This document shows, one piece after another, positions 7,408 through 15,850 of a stretch of DNA of 18,520 nt (positions are counted from its first letter, which is position 1; every line of letters begins with the position of its first letter). Made by a program: the position numbers and the translations under genes. The stretch lies in contig JBDRHP010000096.1 in NCBI GenBank assembly GCA_043816785.1, positions 1 to 18,520 on the forward strand, written 5' to 3'. The notes under the pieces are model-generated. The model had not been told where the DNA came from. It made no database searches and was given only the letters and a program-made list of their open reading frames with translations. Source of the stretch: Candidatus Margulisiibacteriota bacterium (GTDB taxonomy: Bacteria; Margulisbacteria; WOR-1; O2-12-FULL-45-9).

Positions 7408-7812
7408 ATGAAATCGTCCCGTTTTGGCGTTTCTATGAAAGAAGGTCTCTTGACCGAACTGGACAGCTATATTTCTCAGAAAGGTTATGCTAATCGCTCT
7501 GAAGCGATACGTGATTTTATCCGTGACCATCTGGCGCACGAAAAGGCTGCGGCAACAAATCAGGATGTGGTCGGCACCCTGACCATGGTATTCAACCATG
7601 ACAAAAGAAACTTGGCAGAAAAATTGACTACTCATCAGCACAGCGAACCGGGCTTAGTCATTTCTTCAACCCACATTCACTTAGATAAACATGATTGCCT
7701 TGAGGTGATCATTCTAAAAGGCAAGGCAAAAGCTGTCCGGACAATGGCAGATACCCTGTCAACCGCCAGGGGCGTACTTCACTCAAAATTGATCCTGTTA
7801 CCGCAAAAATAA
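7408..7812 (+). CDS. nikR: nickel-responsive regulator NikR
   Basis: RHH N-terminus RFGVSM...GYANRSEAIRDFIR; metal site HQH...SSTHIHLDKHDCLEV. Confidence 0.95.
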   Translation: MKSSRFGVSMKEGLLTELDSYISQKGYANRSEAIRDFIRDHLAHEKAAATNQDVVGTLTMVFNHDKRNLAEKLTTHQHSEPGLVISSTHIHLDKHDCLEVIILKGKAKAVRTMADTLSTARGVLHSKLILLPQK

Positions 7813-7822
7813 AGGGGGAAAC

Positions 7823-8527
7823 ATGCATTTGCCAGATGGTTTTATCAATCCAAATCTAGCCAGCGGCTTTGGTTTTGCCGCGGTTGGCGCGATCGTTTTT
7901 GCGATCAATAAAGTAAAACAGGCCGTAACTGAACCGACAGCCCAAGCAGCCCTAGCCGGCGTTGGCAACACTGTCAGATCGATCAGCGGCAAGGCAGGAA
8001 AGAGTTTGAGCCGCTTTGGCCAGGAATATCTGGTTAAAATGGGATTGGTCTCAGCCTTGGTCTTTGCCGCTCAGATGTTCAATTTCCCGATCGCTTCGGG
8101 AACATCCGGCCATTTGATCGGTGGCGTTCTCGCTGCCGTACTTTTGGGTCCTTGGGGTGGTTTTTTAGCCATCACGGCAGTAGTAATGATCCAGGCTTTA
8201 TTTTATGCTGACGGCGGCTTGCTCGTTCTGGGCACCAATATTATCAACATGGCCCTGATCGGCGCCGTGTTCGGCTACTATACATATAGCGGCCTTAGAA
8301 AAAAACTACCTGAGCTGTTGGCGATCGGTCTGGCGGCCTGGTCTTCGGTCTTTTTGGCTGCTTTGGCCTGCTCGATCGAACTCTGGTTTTCTGGCACATA
8401 CGCCATCGCTCAAGTTCTGCCGGCCATGCTTTCTGTTCATGCAGTCATCGGCATTGCCGAAGCCCTGATCACGATCACCCTGGTGCAGGTTTCAAAAGCT
8501 GTAATGGGCTGGGAGGAAGTAAAATGA
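7823..8527 (+). CDS. nikM: ECF Ni/Co transporter S component (NikM/CbiM)
   Basis: MHLPDGF N-terminal metal-binding motif, FAAQMFNFPI, GTSGHLIGG, QALFYADGG; directly after nikR. Confidence 0.88.
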   Translation: MHLPDGFINPNLASGFGFAAVGAIVFAINKVKQAVTEPTAQAALAGVGNTVRSISGKAGKSLSRFGQEYLVKMGLVSALVFAAQMFNFPIASGTSGHLIGGVLAAVLLGPWGGFLAITAVVMIQALFYADGGLLVLGTNIINMALIGAVFGYYTYSGLRKKLPELLAIGLAAWSSVFLAALACSIELWFSGTYAIAQVLPAMLSVHAVIGIAEALITITLVQVSKAVMGWEEVK

Positions 8528-8802
8528 AAAAATATATATACTATTTTGTCTTGATCGCGTTGATCGCCATTGCCGCATCCTACTTGGCATCCGCTTTCCC
8601 GGATGGCCTGGAATTTGTCGCTGAAAAACTGGGTTTTATCTCGGCCGCGGTTGAACACAGCTCGGTCATGACCGACTACACCATGCCCATGCTGGGAGAA
8701 ACGTCCTTTTCAACAGCTGTTTCCGGGCTCATCGGCGTCGGCCTGTGCTTTGGCGCCTTTTGGGTGATCAGCCGGTCGCTGCCGTTCTCATCCCGCAACT
8801 GA
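8524..8802 (+). CDS. nikN: PDGLE-domain auxiliary membrane protein (NikN-like)
   Basis: ASAFPDGLE motif, two hydrophobic helices, ATGA-type overlap region with the nikM end. Confidence 0.82.
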   Translation: MKKYIYYFVLIALIAIAASYLASAFPDGLEFVAEKLGFISAAVEHSSVMTDYTMPMLGETSFSTAVSGLIGVGLCFGAFWVISRSLPFSSRN

Positions 8803-8809
8803 TCCGGGC

Positions 8810-8844
8810 TTGACAGATCGATCTGATTGTGAAATAATTCACAT
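8810..8844 (+). promoter_or_regulatory. rex promoter with Rex operator (autoregulation)
   Basis: TTGACA (8810-8815)-17 nt-AATAAT (8833-8838); Rex box TTGTGAAATAATTCACAT at 8827-8844 abuts the ATG. Confidence 0.8.
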
Positions 8845-9465
8845 ATGCTCAAAAGAAACATCCCGGAAAAAACTATTCAAAGATTATTGCTCTATTACCG
8901 TTACCTCAATTTCTTAGGCCAGCAGGGAACCAAAAATATTTCATCCAAAAGCCTGGCCGATCTGATGGAGATCAGGGATTCTCAGGTCAGGAAAGACCTC
9001 TCCTATTTTGGCCGCCTGGGCAAGCGTGGCTCTGGCTATGACGTAATGGCCCTCAGGGATAAGATCGCTGACATCCTGGGCATTGCTGGCGAAAGCAAGG
9101 TCTGCATTGTGGGCATGGGCAGCCTGGGGTCTGCGCTGGCTGCCTACAAAGGCTTCGGCGCGCTAGGCTTTAAGATCGTCTCGGTCTTTGATAATTCAAA
9201 GCAGAAGGTCGGCCGCAAGATCCGGGGGCATATTTGCCACGACATTGATAAATTGAACAAGATCGTCCCACGTGATGATATTGATATCGCGATACTGACC
9301 GTCCCTGCGGAAGCCGCCAATGAAACCGCCATCAAACTGGAACAAAGCGGCATCAAAGCGATCTTGAATTTTACGCCGGTAAAACTTTCCCTGTCCAAGA
9401 AGGTCAAGATCAGCAATGTTGACCTGGCCATGGAGCTTAAAACCCTCAGCTTTTTCATCCGCTAA
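8845..9465 (+). CDS. rex: redox-sensing transcriptional repressor Rex
   Basis: IPEKTIQRLLLYYRYL, QVRKDLSYFG, GYDV, Rossmann VGMGSLGSAL, AILNFTP. Confidence 0.96.
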   Translation: MLKRNIPEKTIQRLLLYYRYLNFLGQQGTKNISSKSLADLMEIRDSQVRKDLSYFGRLGKRGSGYDVMALRDKIADILGIAGESKVCIVGMGSLGSALAAYKGFGALGFKIVSVFDNSKQKVGRKIRGHICHDIDKLNKIVPRDDIDIAILTVPAEAANETAIKLEQSGIKAILNFTPVKLSLSKKVKISNVDLAMELKTLSFFIR

Positions 9466-9471
9466 AAGCCC

Positions 9472-9500
9472 TTGACAAACTCCGGCCGCTGCGGTATGAT
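9472..9500 (+). promoter_or_regulatory. sigma70 promoter of the formate operon
   Basis: TTGACA-17 nt-TATGAT, near consensus. Confidence 0.8.
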
Positions 9501-9508
9501 ACAGTTGC

Positions 9509-9526
9509 TTGTGATTCATTTCACAA
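9509..9526. promoter_or_regulatory. Rex operator
   Basis: TTGTGATTCATTTCACAA versus consensus TTGTGAA-N4-TTCACAA, at the predicted transcription start. Confidence 0.85.
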
Positions 9527-9599
9527 ACTAATAGAAGGAGGTGCAGGCGAAGACGAAACAGCCCTGTGGTTTAAGTTTTTTATCTTAAGGAGGAAGCAA

Positions 9600-10445
9600 A
9601 TGACTGAACAAGTGATTAATATTGGATGTAAGACCCCCGCTAACGTTGCAGACACGCTTTCTAAAACCACCTGTGTGGCCAAAACCAATGCTGCGGTTTG
9701 GCGCCTCTTAATCTTGGGGATTCTGGCTGGCATTTATATTGCCTTTGGCGCAGCGATTGCTACTCTGGTCGCCTCTGACGCAGCTAAGTTTCTCGGTGTG
9801 GGCCTGGGCAAGATTTTTACTGGCGCAGTTTTCAGTGTTGGCCTAATGCTGGTTGTTATAGCCGGCGCTGAGCTCTTCACTGGCAATAATCTTATGCTGA
9901 TGAGCGCGCTTGATGGCCGTGTATCATTCGGCAAAGTTGCCTATAAATGGCTTGTAGTCTATGTGGCAAATTTTATTGGTTCTGTGCTCATGGCATATCT
10001 TATTTTGAGCTCTGGTCTATGGAAGGGCGGCAACTTTGCCACTGGCATCACAGCGTTAAACATTGCTAATGCTAAAGTCAATTTAATCTGGAGCGAAGCT
10101 TTTATACGTGGCATTCTCTGCAATGTTCTAGTCTGTCTGGCTGTTTGGATGGCTTTAGCTTCACAAAATATTATCGGCCGAATTTGGGCGATCTTTTTCC
10201 CAATCATGACTTTCGTCGCGTTAGGCTTTGAACACTGTATCGCAAACATGTATTTTGTTCCTCTAGGAATTTTTCTAAAGGGGACAGAAGCTGCGACAGC
10301 TTCCGGCCTAACTCTTACTAATCTAACTTGGAATAGTTTTATCATTAACAACCTAATTCCAGTCACTCTTGGCAACATAATCGGGGGAGCTTTAGTTGTT
10401 GGTTTGCTTTATTGGTTAGTCTACGTAAAATCTGAAGCAAAATAA
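9600..10445 (+). CDS. fdhC: formate/nitrite transporter (FNT; FdhC/FocA type)
   Basis: GAELFTGN, GILCNVLVCLAVW, GFEHCIANM, LIPVTLGNIIGG; formate dehydrogenase context. Confidence 0.9.
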   Translation: MTEQVINIGCKTPANVADTLSKTTCVAKTNAAVWRLLILGILAGIYIAFGAAIATLVASDAAKFLGVGLGKIFTGAVFSVGLMLVVIAGAELFTGNNLMLMSALDGRVSFGKVAYKWLVVYVANFIGSVLMAYLILSSGLWKGGNFATGITALNIANAKVNLIWSEAFIRGILCNVLVCLAVWMALASQNIIGRIWAIFFPIMTFVALGFEHCIANMYFVPLGIFLKGTEAATASGLTLTNLTWNSFIINNLIPVTLGNIIGGALVVGLLYWLVYVKSEAK

Positions 10446-11027
10446 ATGCTCAATGCGATCGTTTTAGCTGGGGGACGCAGCAGTCGATTCGGGACTGATA
10501 AAGCGTTTGTTAAAGTGGGGGGCTCTACTATAATAGAGTCCCTCCTCTTCCCCCTAAGCCTGATCTTTGAAAAAATAATAGTAGTTACCAACCATGCGGA
10601 AAAATTCCAAAAATTTCCGGTTGAGCTGGTAGAAGACCGAATAAAAGGATTAGGCCCCCTGGCGGGCCTGCATTCTGGTCTTCTGGCTTCAGATCAACAA
10701 AGAAACTTTGTGGTAGCTTGCGATATGCCGCTTCTGAATCCGAGGCTTATACAATATATATGCTCTGTCCCTTACGGGCAGATTGTAGTTCCAAGAATAA
10801 AAGATAAAGTTGAACCATTGCATGCTGTTTATTCTAAGGCCTGCATTCCAATAATCGAAGAACAAATCGCCTCCGGCGATTATAAAATCCAGAATTTTTT
10901 TGGGAAAGCTGATGTCTGCTATGTTGAGGAAGAGGCGATAAGAAAGTTTGATCCCAGCCTGACCTCATTTTTAAACATCAATCTCCAAAAAGATCTCAAA
11001 AAGATCGTCTCTTGTTTGAAAAAATAA
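10446..11027 (+). CDS. mobA: molybdenum/tungsten cofactor guanylyltransferase
   Basis: VLAGGRSSRFGTDKA, GPLAGL, VACDMP, EPLHAVY, FLNIN. Confidence 0.93.
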   Translation: MLNAIVLAGGRSSRFGTDKAFVKVGGSTIIESLLFPLSLIFEKIIVVTNHAEKFQKFPVELVEDRIKGLGPLAGLHSGLLASDQQRNFVVACDMPLLNPRLIQYICSVPYGQIVVPRIKDKVEPLHAVYSKACIPIIEEQIASGDYKIQNFFGKADVCYVEEEAIRKFDPSLTSFLNINLQKDLKKIVSCLKK

Positions 11028-11785
11028 AGATAAAACGTATTGATTTGCGGGCTGGCGAAGAAAAGCTCGAAGATAAGGTTGTTGCCGAAGTACCTTTGAC
11101 AATTTTGGTGAATAATAAAGAGCTAGCTACCCTGCTCTGTTCACCAGTAAAATTAAAAGAACTGGCAGTTGGATATTTAATTGCAGAAGGGTTTATTTCA
11201 GAGGCAAGTGAAATTACATCGGCTGTTTTAAACGAGAAAACAAGTGTCATTAAAATTGAAACCAAAGAGCCGATTGACAAATCCTTTTTAGAAAAGAAAA
11301 GGATTATTACTTCAGGCTGCGGCCGCGGGCAAAGTTTTTATAATTATCAGGACTTTTCAGCCTGCCAGCCAATTGAATCTGATTACAGGGTTACGGCCAA
11401 AGCTCTTTTGGATCTTATGAATGAGTTTCAGAAAAGGTCAATCATTTTTAAAGAAACCGGCGGAGTCCATAGCGCCGCTCTTTGCAAAGCAGATAAAATC
11501 ATCGCTTTTTCCGAAGATATCGGCAGGCATAATGCGGTTGATAAAATCATCGGTGAAGCGGCCCTGCGCGGAGAAAAAATAGAGGATAAATTCCTTCTTA
11601 CTTCCGGCAGGATATCTTCGGAAATATTAGTCAAGGCTTCCCGTTTAAGGGTCCCCTTGATCATTTCGCGCTCTGCCCCAACCAATATGGCAGTGCGGAT
11701 CGCAAAACAGTTAAAAATAACATTGGTCGGTTTTGCCCGTGGAAATAAATTAAATGTTTATATGGGCGACGAAAGAATACTATAA
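11012..11785 (+). CDS. fdhD: formate dehydrogenase accessory sulfurtransferase
   Basis: EVPLTILVN, TSGCG, ETGGVHSAAL, EDIGRHNAVDK, TSGRISSE, SAPT, LVGFARG. Confidence 0.93.
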   Translation: MFEKIKIKRIDLRAGEEKLEDKVVAEVPLTILVNNKELATLLCSPVKLKELAVGYLIAEGFISEASEITSAVLNEKTSVIKIETKEPIDKSFLEKKRIITSGCGRGQSFYNYQDFSACQPIESDYRVTAKALLDLMNEFQKRSIIFKETGGVHSAALCKADKIIAFSEDIGRHNAVDKIIGEAALRGEKIEDKFLLTSGRISSEILVKASRLRVPLIISRSAPTNMAVRIAKQLKITLVGFARGNKLNVYMGDERIL

Positions 11786-11795
11786 GGAGGAAATT

Positions 11796-13850
11796 ATGTC
11801 AGAAGTAAAACATGTTCTAACAACCTGCATCTATTGCGGCTGTGGTTGCCAGTTCTATTTTAAAGTGAAGGACGGCAAGATCATTGGCGTGGTGCCTTCC
11901 CAAAACCACCCGGTAAGCCGCGGCCAGCTCTGCGTTAAAGGCTGGAATGCCTCTGAATTTGTCCATCACCCTGACCGCCTGACCGATCCCCTGATCAAAG
12001 AGGACGGCAAATTCAGAAAAGCTTCCTGGGATGAGGCCTTGAACCTGGTGGCTAAAAAGCTAAAAGAACACGCGGATAAGTCCGGACCTGATTCCGTTGC
12101 CTTCTTTGGCTCAGCCAAGTGCAGTAATGAAGAAAATTTCTTAATGATGAAGCTCTCCCGGGCAGTGTTCAAGACCAATAATGTCGACCACTGTGCCCGC
12201 CTTTGCCACGCCTCAACTGTAGCCGGCCTGGCAGCCACTTTTGGATCAGGCGCCATGACCAATTCCATTAATGAATTTGAGGACTGCGATGTCTTCTTGG
12301 TCACTGGCTCCAATACCACCGAACAACACCCTTTGATCGGCTCACGCATAATAAACAGGGTCAAACAGGGCGCGACCCTTATTCTCGTTGACCCAAGGGC
12401 TGTCCAACTCCAGAAACACGCCAAATATCATCTTCCACAGAATAGCGGGTCAGATGTGGCCTGGCTCAACTCCATGATGCATACTATTATTAAGGAAGGC
12501 CTGGAAAACAAAGAATTCATCAAGAACTTTACTGAGGACTACGAAGAGCTAAAAAAAGTGGTCGCCAAAGATGAATATTCCCCGGAAAATACGGAAAAAA
12601 TAACCGGGATTCCGGCTGATGACCTTAAGGCAGCTGCCCGGGCTTTTGCCAAAAGCAGAAAGTCCAGTATTATCTACTCAATGGGCATTACCCAGCACAC
12701 CACTGGCGTGGACAATGTTAAGTCCTGCGCTAACCTGGCCATGCTGACCAGTAATATCGGCCGTGCTTCAACTGGGGTCAACCCCCTGCGCGGCCAAAAC
12801 AATGTGCAGGGTGCCTGCGACGTTGGCGCCCTAGTCAACGTATATTGCGGTTATCAAGCAGTAACTGATCCGAAAAACAAAGAAAAATTTGAAAAAGCCT
12901 GGGGAGTTTCCGGTATTTCCGACAAGATCGGCGCAACCGTCACTTTGGTGCCCAACCTGGCCATCGAAGGCAAGGTCAAAGCCCTCTACATCATGGGCGA
13001 AAACCCCATGGTCTCTGATCCAAACATTACTCATGTGGAAAAGGGACTGAATGCCCTGGATTTCCTGGTTGTCCAGGATATTTTCCTAACCGAAACCGCC
13101 CAGCTTGCGGATGTGGTCCTGCCGGGCGTGAGTTACGCGGAAAAAGACGGCACCTATACCAATACTGAAAGACGTGTCGAACGCATCCGCAAAGCAGTTG
13201 AACCGATCGGCAATGCTAAACAAGATTGGGAAATCATCTGTGAAATCGCCACTCGCTGCGGCTATAAGATGGACTATCCCTCACCAAAGGAGATCTTTGC
13301 TGAGCTAGCTGAGTTAGCCCCAATCTACCACGGCATGGATTACGACCGCCTGGAAAAGGATTTTGGCCTGCAGTGGCCCTGCCCTGCCAAAGACCATCCC
13401 GGGACCAAGTTCCTGCACAAGGACGGAAAGTTCAGCCGGGGCAAAGGCAAGTTCTTCGCGGTTGAGTTCAAACCGCCCGCGGAAATGCCGGATGATGAAT
13501 ATCCGCTGATCCTGACCACAGGCAGGAATTACTTCCACTGGCACACCCGAACCCTGACCCGCAGGACATCAGCCCTAGAGCGTGAAGTGCCGGAAAGCTA
13601 TGTTGAGATCAATCCGGTTGACGCCAAAAAATATGGCGTTAAGAACGGCACCCTGGTCCCGGTCTCCACCCGCCGGGGCACTATCACCGTGCGGGCCGAA
13701 GTAACTGACAGACCAAAGGTCGGCACAATTTTTATCCCTTTCCACTTTGCGGAAGGCGCTGCCAACCGCCTCACCATTGACGCGCTGGATCCGGGAGCCA
13801 AGATCCCGGAATATAAGGTCTGCGCAGTAAAGATCGGAGGTAAACAATAA
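11796..13850 (+). CDS. fdhF: formate dehydrogenase alpha subunit, cytoplasmic, Cys (not Sec) ligand
   Basis: CIYCGCGC...LCVKG Fe-S motif, DHCARLCHAS, PLRGQNNVQG, PEYKVCAV; no Tat signal. ATG at 11796 follows the SD TAAGGAGG. Confidence 0.95.
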   Translation: MSEVKHVLTTCIYCGCGCQFYFKVKDGKIIGVVPSQNHPVSRGQLCVKGWNASEFVHHPDRLTDPLIKEDGKFRKASWDEALNLVAKKLKEHADKSGPDSVAFFGSAKCSNEENFLMMKLSRAVFKTNNVDHCARLCHASTVAGLAATFGSGAMTNSINEFEDCDVFLVTGSNTTEQHPLIGSRIINRVKQGATLILVDPRAVQLQKHAKYHLPQNSGSDVAWLNSMMHTIIKEGLENKEFIKNFTEDYEELKKVVAKDEYSPENTEKITGIPADDLKAAARAFAKSRKSSIIYSMGITQHTTGVDNVKSCANLAMLTSNIGRASTGVNPLRGQNNVQGACDVGALVNVYCGYQAVTDPKNKEKFEKAWGVSGISDKIGATVTLVPNLAIEGKVKALYIMGENPMVSDPNITHVEKGLNALDFLVVQDIFLTETAQLADVVLPGVSYAEKDGTYTNTERRVERIRKAVEPIGNAKQDWEIICEIATRCGYKMDYPSPKEIFAELAELAPIYHGMDYDRLEKDFGLQWPCPAKDHPGTKFLHKDGKFSRGKGKFFAVEFKPPAEMPDDEYPLILTTGRNYFHWHTRTLTRRTSALEREVPESYVEINPVDAKKYGVKNGTLVPVSTRRGTITVRAEVTDRPKVGTIFIPFHFAEGAANRLTIDALDPGAKIPEYKVCAVKIGGKQ

Positions 13851-14884
13851 TGCAAAACTTAAAGATCAAAACCCAAAACTTAATCAAACTTATTGAGGCT
13901 CTTAAGAAAAAGGCCACAGTACTTGCTCCCCAAGCCGATGAGTACAAGGATGTTTACCTCAAAGCTGTTTCTGACCCATCAAAAGTTATCTTAAAGCATT
14001 TTAAGCCCCTGATGCCGGCAGTGCGCGAAGCGCTCTTTGGCCAGGTCGAGAACATGATAAATTTCAAGAAGAGCAAAGGCAATACTAAACTTTCAACGGT
14101 GGATGAATCGCAAGAAACCGTGCTGTTTGGCATTCCGGCCTGTGATGTGGCAGGCATACAATATAATGATGTATTCTTTGGCCAGCGGGAATTTGCTGAT
14201 TTCTATTACACTAAGGCCAGGGAAAAGCTGACCATTATCAGCCTGGCTTGCGTCACACCCCCTAATGACAATTGCTTCTGCGCCACCATGGGCCATGGCC
14301 CAATCGCCGAAGAAGGTTTTGACCTTCAGCTAACTGATCTTGGCGACGGAGCCTTCCTGGTGAACGTCGGCAGCAAAAAAGGCGAAAAGATAGTGGCTGA
14401 CAACAAAGCCCTATTTGAAGACGCAACTGATGCTGACTCAAAGAAATTCGAAGAAATTAAAAAGAAAGCCGAGAAACTCCCTGTTGGCAAAAATATTAAT
14501 AAGGACAAGGCTCTAGGAAATATGGGCCGCGAAGCGCTCAATGAAAAAATGATGCTTGAGATTACCGACAGATGTATCTCCTGCGGCGCCTGCAATTATA
14601 CCTGCCCGACTTGCACCTGCTTTAACGTGGTTGACCACCAGAAGGCTGGCGAAGGCATGCGCAAGCGCATCCTTGACTCCTGTATCCTGGGTGGTTACTT
14701 CCGCATGGCAGGCGGCCACAATCCCAAGGGCAAAAGGGATGAACGCACCCGCAACCGTTATTTTTGCAAACTTGAGTGGGACAAGGAAAAATTCGGGGAT
14801 TCCGGCTGTGTTGGCTGCGGCAGATGTTTGGACGCCTGCCCGGTCAAGATCGATATTAAAGAAGTAATGGCTTCATTAGCTTAA
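13850..14884 (+). CDS. AsrA-like / sulfhydrogenase beta-type Fe-S subunit
   Basis: LFGIPACD, CFCATMG, CISCGACNYTCPTCTCF, CVGCGRCLDACP; TAATG overlap with fdhF. Confidence 0.88.
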   Translation: MQNLKIKTQNLIKLIEALKKKATVLAPQADEYKDVYLKAVSDPSKVILKHFKPLMPAVREALFGQVENMINFKKSKGNTKLSTVDESQETVLFGIPACDVAGIQYNDVFFGQREFADFYYTKAREKLTIISLACVTPPNDNCFCATMGHGPIAEEGFDLQLTDLGDGAFLVNVGSKKGEKIVADNKALFEDATDADSKKFEEIKKKAEKLPVGKNINKDKALGNMGREALNEKMMLEITDRCISCGACNYTCPTCTCFNVVDHQKAGEGMRKRILDSCILGGYFRMAGGHNPKGKRDERTRNRYFCKLEWDKEKFGDSGCVGCGRCLDACPVKIDIKEVMASLA

Positions 14885-14916
14885 GCCCGCCTTCGGCGGA
14901 CAAGGAGGAAAAAACA

Positions 14917-15774
14917 ATGCCAAAATTTTCAACCAAAGTCAAAACAAAAAAAGGAGCTGAAAACGAATACCTGCCGCGCGCAGCAGAAATAACCAAGATC
15001 CGCGATCTCAACCCCGAAGTAAAGCACTACACCCTAAAGTTTAAAGACGGAAAAGCCCTTGAGTATAAACCCGGCCAATTTGTCCAGGTTTCTCTCTTTG
15101 GCGTAGGGGAAGCCCCTATTTCCATTACTTCAACTTTTGAAAGAGGCGACGATCTGGAGATCGCTGTTCGCAAGGCCGGGTCCCTAACCAATGCTATTCA
15201 TGAACTAAAAGAAGGCGAGGAGCTTTTTATCCGCGGCCCCTACGGGAATTCATTCCCCTGGCAAGAATACAAAGGCAAAGACATCCTTTTTGTAGCCGGT
15301 GGAATTGGGCTATTACCTCTGCGCTCGGTCATGAACGCTATCTTTCATCACCGAAAAGATTATGGGAAGATCTGGGTCCTTTATGGCTCAAAGTGCCCCA
15401 CCGACTGTGTCTATTCTGATGAACTTGTAAGCTGGAGCAAAATTGAGGATGTTTCCGTATTACAAACAGTTGATTCTCCTGCTTCCGGCTGGAAGGGAAA
15501 TGTTGGCGTGGTAACTACCCTTTTTAGCAAGATCGAATTTGATCCGGACAAGACCATTGCCTACCTTTGCGGCCCTCCTATCATGATCAAATTCACCAAC
15601 TTAACATTAGAAGAAAAAAAGATGCGCCCGGATGATATAATTACTACCATGGAAATGCACATGAAGTGCGGCATAGGCAAATGCGGGCATTGTTTAATTG
15701 GACATAAATATTGCTGCACCGATGGACCGGTCTTCACCTACGCCCAGTTAAAAACTTTGGGCGCTGAAGAGTAG
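14917..15774 (+). CDS. AsrB-like / sulfhydrogenase gamma-type FAD/NAD(P)-binding [2Fe-2S] subunit
   Basis: PGQFVQVSLFGVGEAPISI, RGPYGN, AGGIGLLPLRS, CGPPIMI, MKCGIGKCGHC...CCTDGPVF. Confidence 0.9.
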   Translation: MPKFSTKVKTKKGAENEYLPRAAEITKIRDLNPEVKHYTLKFKDGKALEYKPGQFVQVSLFGVGEAPISITSTFERGDDLEIAVRKAGSLTNAIHELKEGEELFIRGPYGNSFPWQEYKGKDILFVAGGIGLLPLRSVMNAIFHHRKDYGKIWVLYGSKCPTDCVYSDELVSWSKIEDVSVLQTVDSPASGWKGNVGVVTTLFSKIEFDPDKTIAYLCGPPIMIKFTNLTLEEKKMRPDDIITTMEMHMKCGIGKCGHCLIGHKYCCTDGPVFTYAQLKTLGAEE

Positions 15775-15850
15775 TAAAATTGCCAAAAAAGGGGGGTGAG
15801 AAAAAATTATGGCAAAAATGTTCGCTTTATTAAAGAAAGGAGATAAAATA

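Noticed and set aside
11754..11795. N-terminal extension MFIWATKEYYKEEI of FdhF
   Set aside because: It overlaps fdhD and contains the SD; the real start is the ATG at 11796.
12190..12212. Possible selenocysteine recoding in FdhF
   Set aside because: The active-site codon is TGC (CARLCH); there is no in-frame TGA.
14887..14899. Hairpin CCGCC-TTC-GGCGG between the AsrA-like and AsrB-like genes as a terminator
   Set aside because: Only 5 bp, no U-tract, and followed immediately by the next SD.
13850..15774. Anaerobic sulfite reductase (asrABC) or sulfhydrogenase operon
   Set aside because: No AsrC siroheme subunit and no [NiFe] large or small subunit adjacent; the pair is coupled to fdhF instead.
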